The notes under the pieces are model-generated. The model saw nothing but the letters and a program-made list of their open reading frames with translations, was not told where the DNA came from and did no database searches. Position numbers and translations under genes: made by a program. A stretch of 64,000 nt of DNA from Hormiphora californensis (Eukaryota; Animalia; Ctenophora), in assembly GCA_020137815.1 (NCBI GenBank), contig CM035352.1, forward strand, positions 3,038,001-3,102,000, read 5' to 3'. Below, piece after piece: positions 43,825 to 56,000 of the stretch; within the stretch, counting starts at the first letter, position 1, and every line of letters begins with the position of its first letter.

Positions 43825-46162
43825 ATGACATCTGGCGACGAAACAACAACAATAACACCAAGCAAGGCAATGGGAGGAGAGGAAGATATGGGTGGTGATG
43901 AGGCGCCCAAAGAAATCCGTGAGTGATGTGATGATCTTTGCAGCAGCTTGTTTTTTTGTTCTTGAATTGTTTCTCTTGTGTTACCCAATTGTTGCCCCAA
44001 TTGTTATATACCCTCATCTGTGTTAGTCCTAGTTGTGATAGTCTGCTATTGTTAACCCTCTTGTTTTATCCCTGTGTTAATATACTGCTATTATATTAGT
44101 TGACCCTCTTCTTATTCTTCAGTTGCGGAGAAGGTTACTGGAAAGGTGAAGTGGTTCAATGTGAAGAACGGCTATGGGTTCATCACACGGGACGACAATA
44201 ACGAGGATATCTTCGTTCACCAGGTACACCCCCTCTCCAGTTAATTAACTGTTAATAACATTAGTTTTGCTATCATATCTCTAGCATCTACTAATCCATC
44301 CTCTTATGAACATTCCCTTTTCTATTTCCCTGCAGAACTTAGAGCAACTCAATTCTTTTACTGTCCTTCAAAATAAGCTTTGGTCAGGTGCCTCTATCTC
44401 TTGTTCTCAGCGACCATGTCTTGTTTTTCTAGTTTTGACTGGCTGATTGAAGAGGTTTAAATCCGTTGATTTTGATTTCACTGCCATCTATTATATTGAC
44501 CAGAAGATTTATCTCTGGTTTACCCTCTATCCCACGGTCAGACAACCCGCTCTCTTAATTTCTCTTTATCTTCCCCTCTCTCTCTCTCTCTCTCTCCCTC
44601 TCTTTTATCCCCCGCTCTCTTGGTGGCCACTTGCGTCTGCTCAGCTAATCTCCCACTCTCAATCTTACACACTCCCGCGGGCTATTGCTTGTTCTGCGCG
44701 GTTCAGAGAGTGCAAAGCACACCACTGCTAGCGCTAATCTCCAAAATTCATCCGCGCGTTATTCCTGCAGTTCCAACCTTTCACTCTAGCTCATCATTGC
44801 AGGAACTTTTGCTTCCGGGTATTGTTCGTTCAAATGTTCCATCCTTCTTTTTTATCAAGATTCTTGTCCTTACCTAACCCACCCCATTCCAACATACTCC
44901 ACCCAACTGCGTATCTCTAACCACTTCCCACCCCCTCAGACTGCTATCTCGAAGAACAACCCCCGCAAGTTGAAGAGGAGTGTGGGAGACGACGAGGAGG
45001 TCGTGTTTGACGTGGTCCGAGGCTCCAAGGGAAATGAGGCTCACAATGTCACTGGACCCGACGGTGATCCAGTCAAGGGAAGTATCTATGCCCGAGACAG
45101 GAAACCAAGACGGGGACGTGGCGGCCTCAGAGGTGCCGGGGGACGTGGAGGAGGTGGACGACCGGAGAGAGAAGAGAGGAGTGAACGTGCCCCAAGGAGA
45201 CGTGGCCGAAGATCTGAGAATGAGGTAAATCTCAGGAGTAACAATTTGTTTCTAAAATCTTAACTCGCTATAATAAAATTTAAACTAGGTCTCATATTTC
45301 CCCAGGACCTGATACACTATAAACTAACCCCCTTCCCAGGACCTGATACTCCTTTATTCTAATTGAACTCTCCTCCCAGGACCGTAACGGTGAGGAGCAG
45401 CAGGAGGGAGGAAGGAAGACCCCAGAGGACCGAGAAGATCGTGGTGGGGAACGTCCAGAACGGAGAGAGAGACGTCGCTCCGACCGGCGTAGCGAGAGCC
45501 GGGGTGGAGGAGGTGGAGGAATCCGTGATGTGGATTATCGAGACTCCCGACCTGGTGGGCGGAACTACTATCGGCTGAGGTAAACTAAATGATCGCAATT
45601 ATTTTAAAAAGCTTCGGCTCAATTCGATCTTCTAGATATTAGTTTCACCCTCTCTCTCCCTGCCCTGGTTTGAACAACTCTGACCTTCTAGATGTTAATT
45701 TTACTCTCCCACAGGTCCGACTCTGAGGGAGCTACAGCTAACGGCGGACCCGAACGGTTCCGAACTACATCCCGTGGCGGCAGCCGGGACTCCCGATCCC
45801 GTGGAGGCCGAGGTGGCAGCAGCCGTGGTTCTGGTGGTAGTAGCCGAGGTCGAGGTGGCAGCAGCCGAGGTGCTGGAGGTCGAGGCCGCGGAGGTAGCAC
45901 CTACTTCAGGAATAGTGACTACTCCGAGTATCACGATTACAATGGTCCCAGACAGAGGGGCAGGAGGAGCGAGAATGAGGGTGGAGATCGTGGTGATGAT
46001 CGTCGAGATGACCGTCGAGACCGTGGAGATGACCGTCGGGACCGTGGTGATGACCGTCGAGATGATCGAGATGGTGGGAAGTCTAGCAGGGGCCAAGGAA
46101 GAAGGGGACCCTCTTACCGACCCCGCCGAACCGACGGAGAGAACACCCAGGCTGCTGCCTAG
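43825..46162 (+). CDS. YBX1: Y-box (cold-shock domain) nucleic-acid-binding protein, 5 exons
   Basis: [31 protein letters not shown]|[31 protein letters not shown] followed by an RGG/RD-rich tail. Exons ~43825-43918, 44123-44223, 44940-45224, 45380-45579, 45715-46162. The paralog assignment is nominal. Confidence 0.93.
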
Positions 46163-47059
46163 ATATATATATTCGTGTAACTTAACAACATCTTAAAAAC
46201 ACTTATAACATCTTTATAAACACTGTCGGACATGTCCCGACCTCTTTATTGGTTAGGCATTGTCCGACTAAAAGATCAACATGTTTAAAGAGCTGTGTGC
46301 CATCCTATTTATTATTCTTATCTTATGAAGAAAATCATCCCCAGCCGTGTGACGATTCTAGTGCACTCCTTTCTATATATCTTGTCAGTATTGTCTGTCC
46401 AGTATTCCATCTCCATAGCAACCCTTGGTTTACTGAACAGAGATAGAGACAGATTAGTTTGTGTGTGTTAGTTTTGTAGCCGGCTACCATCTGGGATGAA
46501 TTATGTGTTAAAAACATCTGAAAACGTGCTCCACCTCGGATACTCTGTTCCTACTCATTTTGAGTGAGACAGCTTTTGACGGATTCCTTTTTCTCGCTGA
46601 GAGAGCCTGTCAGAGGAAGTTGTGTCGCCCAAATTGAGGAAGTGTGTAAGAGAGCTCTCTTTTATTTAATCCCTTTTTCGGGATAAAAAGAGACTGGGTT
46701 GGAGCAAAAGAGAGAGTGAATTTTGTCAAATATCTTGCCAGGCGTTCCCCCTCGGCTCTCCAGCTCTGGGTGCCGTCCGGCAAGATGTAGTGAATGTTTT
46801 ACCACCATGTTTTTTCATGTTAAGTGTGAACTTGTTACAATTGACATCATTTCATCTGAAAGTTAGAAAAAAAGAAGATAAGTTGTCGTTGATTTGTTGA
46901 AATAAAAAGGAGGTGCAGCAACGAGAAATACCCCGAGCTATGCAAGTACGGCATATCTCAAAACATGGAGGCCTCTGCGTTCTTGCATATCCTAGTCCTT
47001 GTTCCCCAAGGCCATATGACTGGTCAGACAGTTACTGTCTACAGTAGACAGGTGATGTT

Positions 47060-47435
47060 CTGTCTGGCGGCGTGCCGATCTAAAGCTGCCTGGCGCCGCC
47101 GACTCACGACAATGCGCTCGTATCAGATTGGGTCGGCGCCGCCAGACAGATCAAAAGCTGTCTGGCGCCGCGATTGGTAACATAGACACCTGGCGCGACC
47201 CCCGCACACCAGGTGTCTATGTTACCAAGCGCCGCGACCCCATCTGAGCACACTGTCGCACGTTCAGATTTGAGAATCAAATGGGTTATGACTATGTGTG
47301 ACTTCAAATACTAGCTGTCTGGTCAATGCTCTGACCACAGTTCTCGCGCGAAATGAGAATAGGGTCAGGCCAATGCTCTGACAGGTCTGGCGGCGCCAGA
47401 TCCAATTTGATACTCAAATCGCTCAGATGGGGTCA
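47060..47435. repeat. Degenerate GGCGCC-rich inverted repeat family; short relative at ~42866-42957
   Basis: Shared CAATTTGAT-CTCAAA..GCTCAGATGGGGTC and GGCGCCAGACAG blocks in both orientations. Confidence 0.55.
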
Positions 47436-47703
47436 ACAGATAGGTACCGGATTGGCGCCATTGCCGCCTGTCTGCTTCACGAGCTCGATCTCGCACGCAC
47501 TAGGTGTCAATGTCAGTGTCACCAAGGTACCGGAGAGGGCACTGGGCAGTCTAACTCTATAGTGAAACAAGCTTGTTGATCTGCTTCTTTTAGTTCGAAC
47601 TTTTAGTACGAAAAGATATTTTCTACCTACTTCTAGACACGAGATCTTGAACGACCCGATACAAAAACTCATTCAACCTGATTGATGGTTGAATTGTGCC
47701 AAA

Positions 47704-48270
47704 GGGGGGGTAATCATGGTGACAAATGGTGACAAATGGTGACATATGGTGATGGTGACATGACCAAAATTTTGAGATGAGTCACCATTTGTCACCATTC
47801 TCTCTGGAGCTTCCTACAGGCATAATATGATGTCATGGGACATAATATGATGTTATGGGACACTGGGGGACAATTCTACAAAGTTTCAAGTCGATTGGAT
47901 GTAATTAAGGGGTCACAGGTGGTTAATTGCGCTTTTATGTGTTGTGCGAGGGAGGTACACCCTCAACGTGACTTTCGGGAAGTTTTAGCGGTCCAAAACA
48001 CTACTAGCCGATCCGGAATGGCCATGTTAACAACTTATGAACAAATATATCGGTCTAAAGAAATTAAAAATTTTTATCAAATTTCTTTAAAAATTTTAAA
48101 GAAATTCTGCCGAAATCCGCATATTTCGTCAAAAAATGGAGACAAATGGAGACAAATGGTGACAAATGGAGATAAATGGTGACAAATGGTGATGGTGACA
48201 TACCCTAAATGGTCAGATGAGTCACCATTTGTCACCATTTGTCACCATTTGTCACCATGATAACCCCCCC
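47704..48270. mobile_element. MITE with G7/C7 termini and 8-bp TSD
   Basis: GGGGGGGTAATCATGGTGACAAATGG / CCATTTGTCACCATGATAACCCCCCC, TSD GTGCCAAA and 10-bp ATGGTGACAA subterminal repeats. Confidence 0.85.
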
Positions 48271-48694
48271 GTGCCAAATACCCCTTTTTTCATGTCATGA
48301 AACAGTTACAAAGTGAAAAACGCAAATTATGTATTCAGAACGGTTAAAAATGTGTGGTAAATAAATAAACAATCACAAACGATCCTCACGTGATTTATCC
48401 TCACCTGCAATTCAACATAAAATACCCCTTCTCTGATCGCAGGCCGATCGACTCTTCAGATATGTGGTGTGGGTCTAGTTTTAAGTAGAACCCTTCCAAA
48501 ATTATAAACCCAGAGATAACCCGTATCTGACAATATCGAGGGATGAGGCATAAGTTCAAATCATACGAAAGTCTTTTATCTCGATTCTCGATCTCTCAGC
48601 AGTCAGCCTACACAGGCTTGTTGAACTCAACAAACACAGGCAGTAGTCAGTGCGTGAATGATTATACTCCATAAAACACTACTCTATCTCTCTC

Positions 48695-50762
48695 TCACAT
48701 ATCGTATGCAGTACTGTATTTGTATTGTTCAGTCTTCAAGGCTACTTTCTCGGCTTGTTTCATAAATAACAACTTCTCGTATCCATTCGATCGGTCCACA
48801 CCGTCCCATTTGGGCCCAGGGAGGATCCCATATCTGTTAGGTGGCGCTGGGCCCTTGTACTCTTCTTGTTCTGGGAGAGAGAGAGAGAGAGATGAGGGAT
48901 TAAAAACGAGATATTGTCAGGGGTGTAAACAAATCAGAATCTAGCTCCAACTATGATGTGCCCTAAAAACGCAATATTAGGACATTGTATATCTTACCAC
49001 TTTCACTGCTACTACTGCTGCTTTCACTTTCACTTCCGGAGTATTTCTTCTTTTTCTTGCTCTTTTTCTTCTTCTTTTTAGACTTCTTTGACTTCTCTGA
49101 GAGCGGGAGAAAAAAGATTAAAATAATTGTTCTGTACTCATATGCTCAATGACCCTCAACATATCATTATCAACATCTCATGCAATCTAAAACAGATCTA
49201 AACTTCCCAGCTTACTTTTCTTTTTCTTTTCTGAAAATTTGGCCATCGGGTCATCCTCGCCACGGGATTTAGATTTCAGCAGACTATTGTAATCCTCATC
49301 ATCGGCATATCGTGCCACAGGTTTTGTCATTTCATAAGAGTTATCAGCTCGTTTGGCCATAGCCTCTTTATGCTGCACTAGACCCTTGCTGTAAAGTACA
49401 AACTTTTCCAACTTCTTCCTTTCTTCTTCATTCTCAGCACTCTCCTTGGCTTGCTCCAACATTTGATCAATCTTGTTTCCCTGGGCATCTCGCCTTACTG
49501 GGGCTTCCGGTACCTGAGGAGTTATTGAGAAGGTTAGAATTTTATCACACATCAGACGATTTGTACAGCTGAAAAGAAGGACCTAACTACTGGTCAATAT
49601 TGGCACCTTGAAGTCGCCCTCCTTTTCTCGGCGTTTTTTCTCCGCGAACTCCTTCATCTTTGCCAGCTTCTCCAGCAGTTCATTTGCAGTTTGGAGGCCT
49701 CCCTTTCGCTCTGGAGAAGGATCACTATCCGACCCAGAGGAATCCTTCCTTCTTCGTTTCTTCTTCTTTTTCGCTTTTTTGGAAGACGATGCTGATGCCT
49801 CTCGGGGCTCCTCTGTAAATGTTCTTTTTCTTGGAGGAGAGGCATCTAAAATGGAGTGAATGTTACAAACAGTAAATGTTTGAATAGCAATTTCAATAGA
49901 TGAATTATATGGGGAAATCCAAAATTTATAAAAGACTTCCTCCGCGGTACCTGAGTCTGGATTATCCGAGTATAGTTTCTCCTGCCGAACAGGCGATGCA
50001 TCTGAATCAGAGTCGTGTCGACCTTTGTTCGAGGCGGATGCTCTGAAAGATTGATCCCTGTGAGACAAACAAAAGTCAAAATAATATTCACATCCTTATT
50101 AGCTCGAGAGGATGTGAAACTCAGTAATCCAGTTCTGTCAGAGCATTGGTAGAGCACGAGAGAACAGCGGTCAGAGCATTGACCTGACAGAAGTGTTTCT
50201 TACCCATTTCCATCCTGTACCTCCTGAAATCCACCGCCTGTAGTCTCCATCGTCCTCCATTTGCTGTTCTCTGCTTTGGGCGCCACCATCTGATTGGGAG
50301 AAGAGGTATGGGAATATTGTCCAGGAAATAATGATGGCATCTACGATGTTCTCTCTTTTCTCTAACAACTATTAATAGGTAGTTCTGTCTAGTTCTCTAG
50401 CTGTAGCGGACGATCTTAACAACAGAATTACATGGATCAGAAATACAATGTGTTAAATCTCCGCACACTTCCTGCTGCAATTATCGAAATGTTCAATTTT
50501 TATCAGACACGCTCTATAAATCCTACATATTGTTTTGTTCATGTCAGACTTTCCAACCCCCCCCCCCGCACTCCAAATGCCTAGCAATTACCTGAGGAGC
50601 CTCCTCGCCCCATTCTGCATCCTCTGTAGGTCCAGTTGGGATACTATCCATAGACACCTCATTATCTACAATCTGAAAGTTCCCCCGTCTGGCATTCCGA
50701 GCTTTCTTCCTTGCTTGGGTTGTACTGGACATATACTTCCTGAAAATCTCCTCCTGGGACAT
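48695..50762 (-). CDS. BUD13: BUD13 homolog (RES splicing complex), multi-exon
   Basis: [46 protein letters not shown]-terminal [27 protein letters not shown]. Confidence 0.92.
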
Positions 50763-51639
50763 CGCCACTGAAAGCAGGAGGGGAGTGTTAGGAGATTGTG
50801 GTAGAACAGGGGATTGTTAGGGAAAGCCAGTAGCCACTGGAAGCAGGGGGAGTGTTAGGAGATCGCTGGTAGAATAGGGGAAATATCATGTAGATGATGT
50901 GATGGGTGTTGTGTCAGCACTCAGCAGTCAGAACAGGGCGGGGAAGGGAGGGGGATCGGGGGGAGCAAGAAAGGGAATGGGATGAAATAAATGAGTGAGG
51001 GTATGCTAAGAAGTCGAGGGGAAATGTTTTGAAAGTGACTTGAACATACCGGACAAAAGAGCCACAACCTCTCATACTATAACTCATTTCATACCATCAA
51101 CCATATTGATCATACCATATATGGTCATAAACCATAACCATATTTGGACATTCTACATTTTGTTAGTGGATCGTCATATCTCCGAAACATTGTACCATAT
51201 CTCATATTGTGCAGCCATTGTGTCATGTTACTTACTCTCGGCCGGATTCCTTGTCGGCCTTTGCTAGGGACTGCTGTTCTTGGATTAAATGTCTTGCTAA
51301 AATGGTAGACGGTTGGGTAGTTAGTTTAGGGTCAGGGTAGGAAAATAAAAGTTGGTTAATTGGTTTGATTACTTGCAGGGCGGGTTAAGAATCAAATCTG
51401 TCAAATTAAAACCAGAATAGTGCTGTGCAGCAAATGCTGACAGGATCTACTTTCTAAAAAGTAAACACTGCGCGCGATGCGCAAAATGCAATTTAGGGGT
51501 AAAACATCAACTTCACAAAACAAGCACAAAGCGGAGGAAAATTTTATTATTTGTACACAACCCGAAAAAAAACATAACAAATCAACAAAAAAAGTATGCA
51601 ACGAAAACTTTAAAGGTTAACAACGAAACACGTAAAACT

Positions 51640-52749
51640 CTACAATTTAGCGGGAAGGGGGTTTAGTATAAGGGCGACTTCTCCAATAAGATCAGAAATA
51701 CCTGCCGGATCTAAACAATACATGTTTGTCTTGTCCTTTGATATGTACAGTAATCCCATTCTGGATAGGCCAATAAGGGAGTTCTCGATTACCGACAAGT
51801 TAACTCCCTCTGTCGCTGACTGGAGAACAGAGAGATATGTCTGGACACGCCTACAAAACTCCCCAACCCCCTGACCATGTCCTTCCGTCCTCGGTAGATA
51901 GGAGAGTACAAACTGCCAGCTGGTCAGGTATGTCTGGAGGAAGGGACGGATAAGGGAGCACAGCAGCGCTCTCTCGGGTCCGGGAGGGAATTTGAAGGTT
52001 CCACAGGATGTGATCAGATAGGGAGAGAGAGTGGAAAGAGAGTGGTCCACATCGGCCTCTTCTTGACCAGGCATAAAGATAAACTCTGCAGAGAGAACTT
52101 GACGGAGTTTCAAGAACTGGCCCCGTAGACAGGTGGGCACTTTAGGGTGCTGGAGAAGGATGGCTATCATGGTTAGGGTTATAACAGAGTGCATCAGTTC
52201 GTTACGTCGCCTTGCCAAACTAAGGAAAAGGGAGAGTATCAAATAGAGTTGTGTTGATTCGAGATTCTGAGCAATCTGAGTTGTAAGTATAATATTGACC
52301 GCTTTTAGCATCAACGTGAAAACTGAATATACACAGTAGGGCACACACCAGGAACCGACCGAATCAGGAAAGACTGGTCCCTGATTGGCTGATAACCAGT
52401 CACGTGACCTAAATAACGAGTTCTGATTGGTTGTTTACTTGTTCGGTTCCTGGCACACACCACTACATACCTGATAAAGCTGTAACACAACTTGAAGCTT
52501 CGTGTCAAATGTTCACACCCCGTTGGACTCTTATCCACTACGATATCTTCACCAACTCTGGAAACAACAGGAGCTAGCATGGCGATGGAGTGGTCTAGCC
52601 AGGTAGTTTCAGATTGCATGGTTGGGGCACCCAAAGAGGAGAGGAATCCACCCGCCCACTCTACCTCTGTACGGATCTGTGAAGGGGGGGGGGGGTGTAA
52701 TTTTCTACTGTTCATACTGTAATGGTATTGGGGTGAACAATGTTAGAGA

Positions 52750-52824
<75 letters not shown>

Positions 52825-53037
52825 AGCTTACGCGAGATAGAGCGATAGCATATGACGAGATGCGCAGCACATATCTCTATTCCGTCTCTCTCTATCTCTC
52901 TTCTCTCTCTGCTCCGTCTCTCTAGTCTCTCTCTCTGTCCTCATCCGTCTCTCTCTTCTTCTCCGTCTCTCTCGCTCTCGTCTCTCTCTCTCGTCTCTAC
53001 TTCGCTCTCTCTAGTCGCTGCTCTTCTCTCTCTCTCC

Positions 53038-53070
<33 letters not shown>

Positions 53071-56000
53071 TCTCTCTCCACTCCTCGTCTCGTACTCTCT
53101 CTCTTCTCTCGTCTCTCTCTCCCTCTCTCTCTCTCTCTCCCTCTCTCTCCTCGCGTCTCTCTTCTCTCCTCTCGCTCTCAAAACTGCTCCTTGGCTGATA
53201 GACCAGTTCATTGTGTCCTAAACACTCTGTTTCTGTTGTTCTCTCTTCCTCTTTTCCCTCCCCACCTTCATCGCCACATTTCCCCCAGAAACCCGCGGAT
53301 TATCAGGACAACCTCCCGCCAAATTTTCCCCCCAGTGGCTGAAAGGCCCAAACCCCTAAAAACAAGTTGGTGTTTAAATGTACCAGGATCCTGGTCTTCC
53401 TGAATTGGATCCACATGACCCAAAACAGTAAGGGTTTTTTAAATTTGGAAAAAGATGGCAGGAAAAGGAAGCGAAAAGAGCTGGAGAAAAAACTGGCCTT
53501 TCCCCGGCCTCCTACTCGACGCTTGAGGGGGGCCCTGTCGTATTACATTCTGACATTTCAAACCCTTCTATCTACCGCTCTTTCCTTTGTCTTTGGGGGT
53601 ATTACAGTTCTAAATTACTCTCTTTTCTTCCGCAAAAAGCCCCAGGCCCCCCCCCTTTTCAGTCCCCCCTTTTGCTAACGCTCCTCGTCCAAATTTCCAT
53701 CTTGGGTCTCTTCTTCTCTTCTCTCTCCCCTTCTCTCCCTCTCCCCCGTCTCTCTCTCTGCGGCTCTCCTTCTTTTTACCCTTTCTCTCTCTTTCTCTAT
53801 CTCTCCTCCTCTCCCCCTCGTTCCTCTCCTACTTGTTTCCTCTCGTTTTTTCCCTTCTCTTCTCTTCCCTTCTCTTCCCCGAGTTCCCACGAGACCGGGT
53901 CCCTCGTCGTTCTTCCCACTTGCTTCCCTTCCCCAAATAACAATTGTGATACCTACCAACAGTAAATAGGTCCCTGATTGGCTGATAACCAGTCACGTGA
54001 CCTAAATAACGAGGTATGATTGGTTGTTTACTTGTTTCGGTCGGTTCTTGATACCTGTTCAACTGCAATACTCCACACGCCCCGCTGCAGATAACTCAAC
54101 AACACACTAGCTAACACAGAACAGGTAAAGGTAACGGCACCCTTTTGTTGCTCGGTTAACACACGATATGCTAACTCGTTAACAAAGCTCCTCTCGTGGG
54201 GCTGTACTGATGGGATAACAGCCCTGGGAAATAGCGCCCTGACCTAAGAGGGGAATGAAATATAATTACTTTTTCTTGATAAAATACCAAGTCTCGCTAT
54301 ACTAGTCCATATTATTACAACAGAACTAAACCATTACATTGCTTACCTTTCGGTCAACTTTCCGTTCTTGAGCCATCTTGTGTACACTCAAACAGCACCC
54401 AACCTTCACATAAATAGTCCCATAATTATTATTTAGAATTGTATGAGCCTTGATGAGTCCCCGTGTGCTCTCCTTAGGTTTTGGGATACCCATCAGTTCC
54501 CTGACATGCAGGGTCTCCTCCACGGTTCTCTCATAGCTCAGTGATACAGGACATATCGTGACGTCACTAACACGGGCATCAAAATACGGTTCAAGAGCTA
54601 TGGTGAGCATACCAAACTTGGGTTGTAGGCTCTTTCCTGTGTTGTTGAAAAGATGTCATTTGTCAGTAAATTAGTTTGGTTTCTCGTATACTATCAATCA
54701 ATTACACCCACCATGTCATGACCACTATCCGAAGACGGGCATCAATATTACTCTCTGCCGTCTAGTTTCTCTCTCTCTCTCACCTGTTCGGGAGCGAGTT
54801 CCTTCAATGAAAAACTCGACCGGAGCGTCCCCATTGATGACGTGTGTTTGTGTATACTCTGTAAATAGTGCCCAGTATAGTTTATCCTTGCCGAATGAAC
54901 GTCGAATAAAGTAGGCTCCACATCTCCGTAAGACCTCCCCCACACCTTTCATAAACATGAAATCCTGAAATGAAGGGGATATTTACATGGGGTGGCCGTT
55001 GATTCAGTAAGTAAAATTCAACAGTTAGTTCTAAAAGCTAGGGGGTTGCAAAATAAGATCATTTATTTAGTTAATTATAGTCATTACAGTCTTTACGTGT
55101 CTCATGCATCTCAATGGGGGGGGGGGGTTCCAACCTATTTGTTGTACGTTTGTACGGAAAAAAACACGGGTTTCCTCAAACAAAAAAATACAAAAAAATA
55201 CAAAAAAATACAAAAAAATACAAAAAAATACAAAAAAATAAAACGGGGTATAAACGATTAAACAAAGTTTTTCTGATCGTTGAAACTTTAGTTTATGATC
55301 ATAATTGTGTCATAAATTCCTAAAGGAAAACCCAAGCAACAATAGCCCTCACTTGGGTTTTGTGAAATTTCCCACGATCATTGCTCCACCCCCTGATGAG
55401 ATAGAGACTTGAAATTTTGTAGTGAGGTAGAACTCGACATGATCTATCCAACTACAAAATTTCAAGTCTCTATCTCATCAGGGGGTGGAGCAATGACCGT
55501 GGGAAATTTCACAAAACCCAAGTGAGGGCTATTGTTGCTTGGGTTTTCCTTTATTAAACTGTGGTTTCATACAAAATTAGCAACTTTTTCTTATAATTGG
55601 AAGATAAAAACATGTTTTAATCATGTTTTAGTTGTTCTTTATCAAAACACAAGGAAATATTCTATTCAAAATTTTCGAAATCTGAATCAATGATGTTTAC
55701 TTTTTCGAATTAAGAATTTCGAATGAAAGATAATAATTACACGACAAACGATCCTAGGTGGTACATTAGGACAAAAGGAACCCGTCCATGAACTTTTACT
55801 AGGCACCCACCTCCATAATTTGTTGTGCTTTTTTTTGTACTGTTTGTACGAAAAATTGGAATTTCTAAGAGAGAAAATCTTTCCAAATCGAACTTTCTAT
55901 CCAAGAAAGTATTATCGAATCGCAATTTCTAAGCGAGAGAAATTTTCCCGAATCGCAATTTCTTACCGAGAAATTTTTTCGAATCGTATTTTCTAAGCGA

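Noticed and set aside
50762-51640. GNPAT-BUD13 as an operon
   Set aside because: The 878-bp gap contains its own CGCG patch, so an independent promoter is plausible.
52752-53950. ORFs and possible structure in the GA/CT tract
   Set aside because: Low complexity and probably poor consensus; flanking GNPAT exons join in frame without it.
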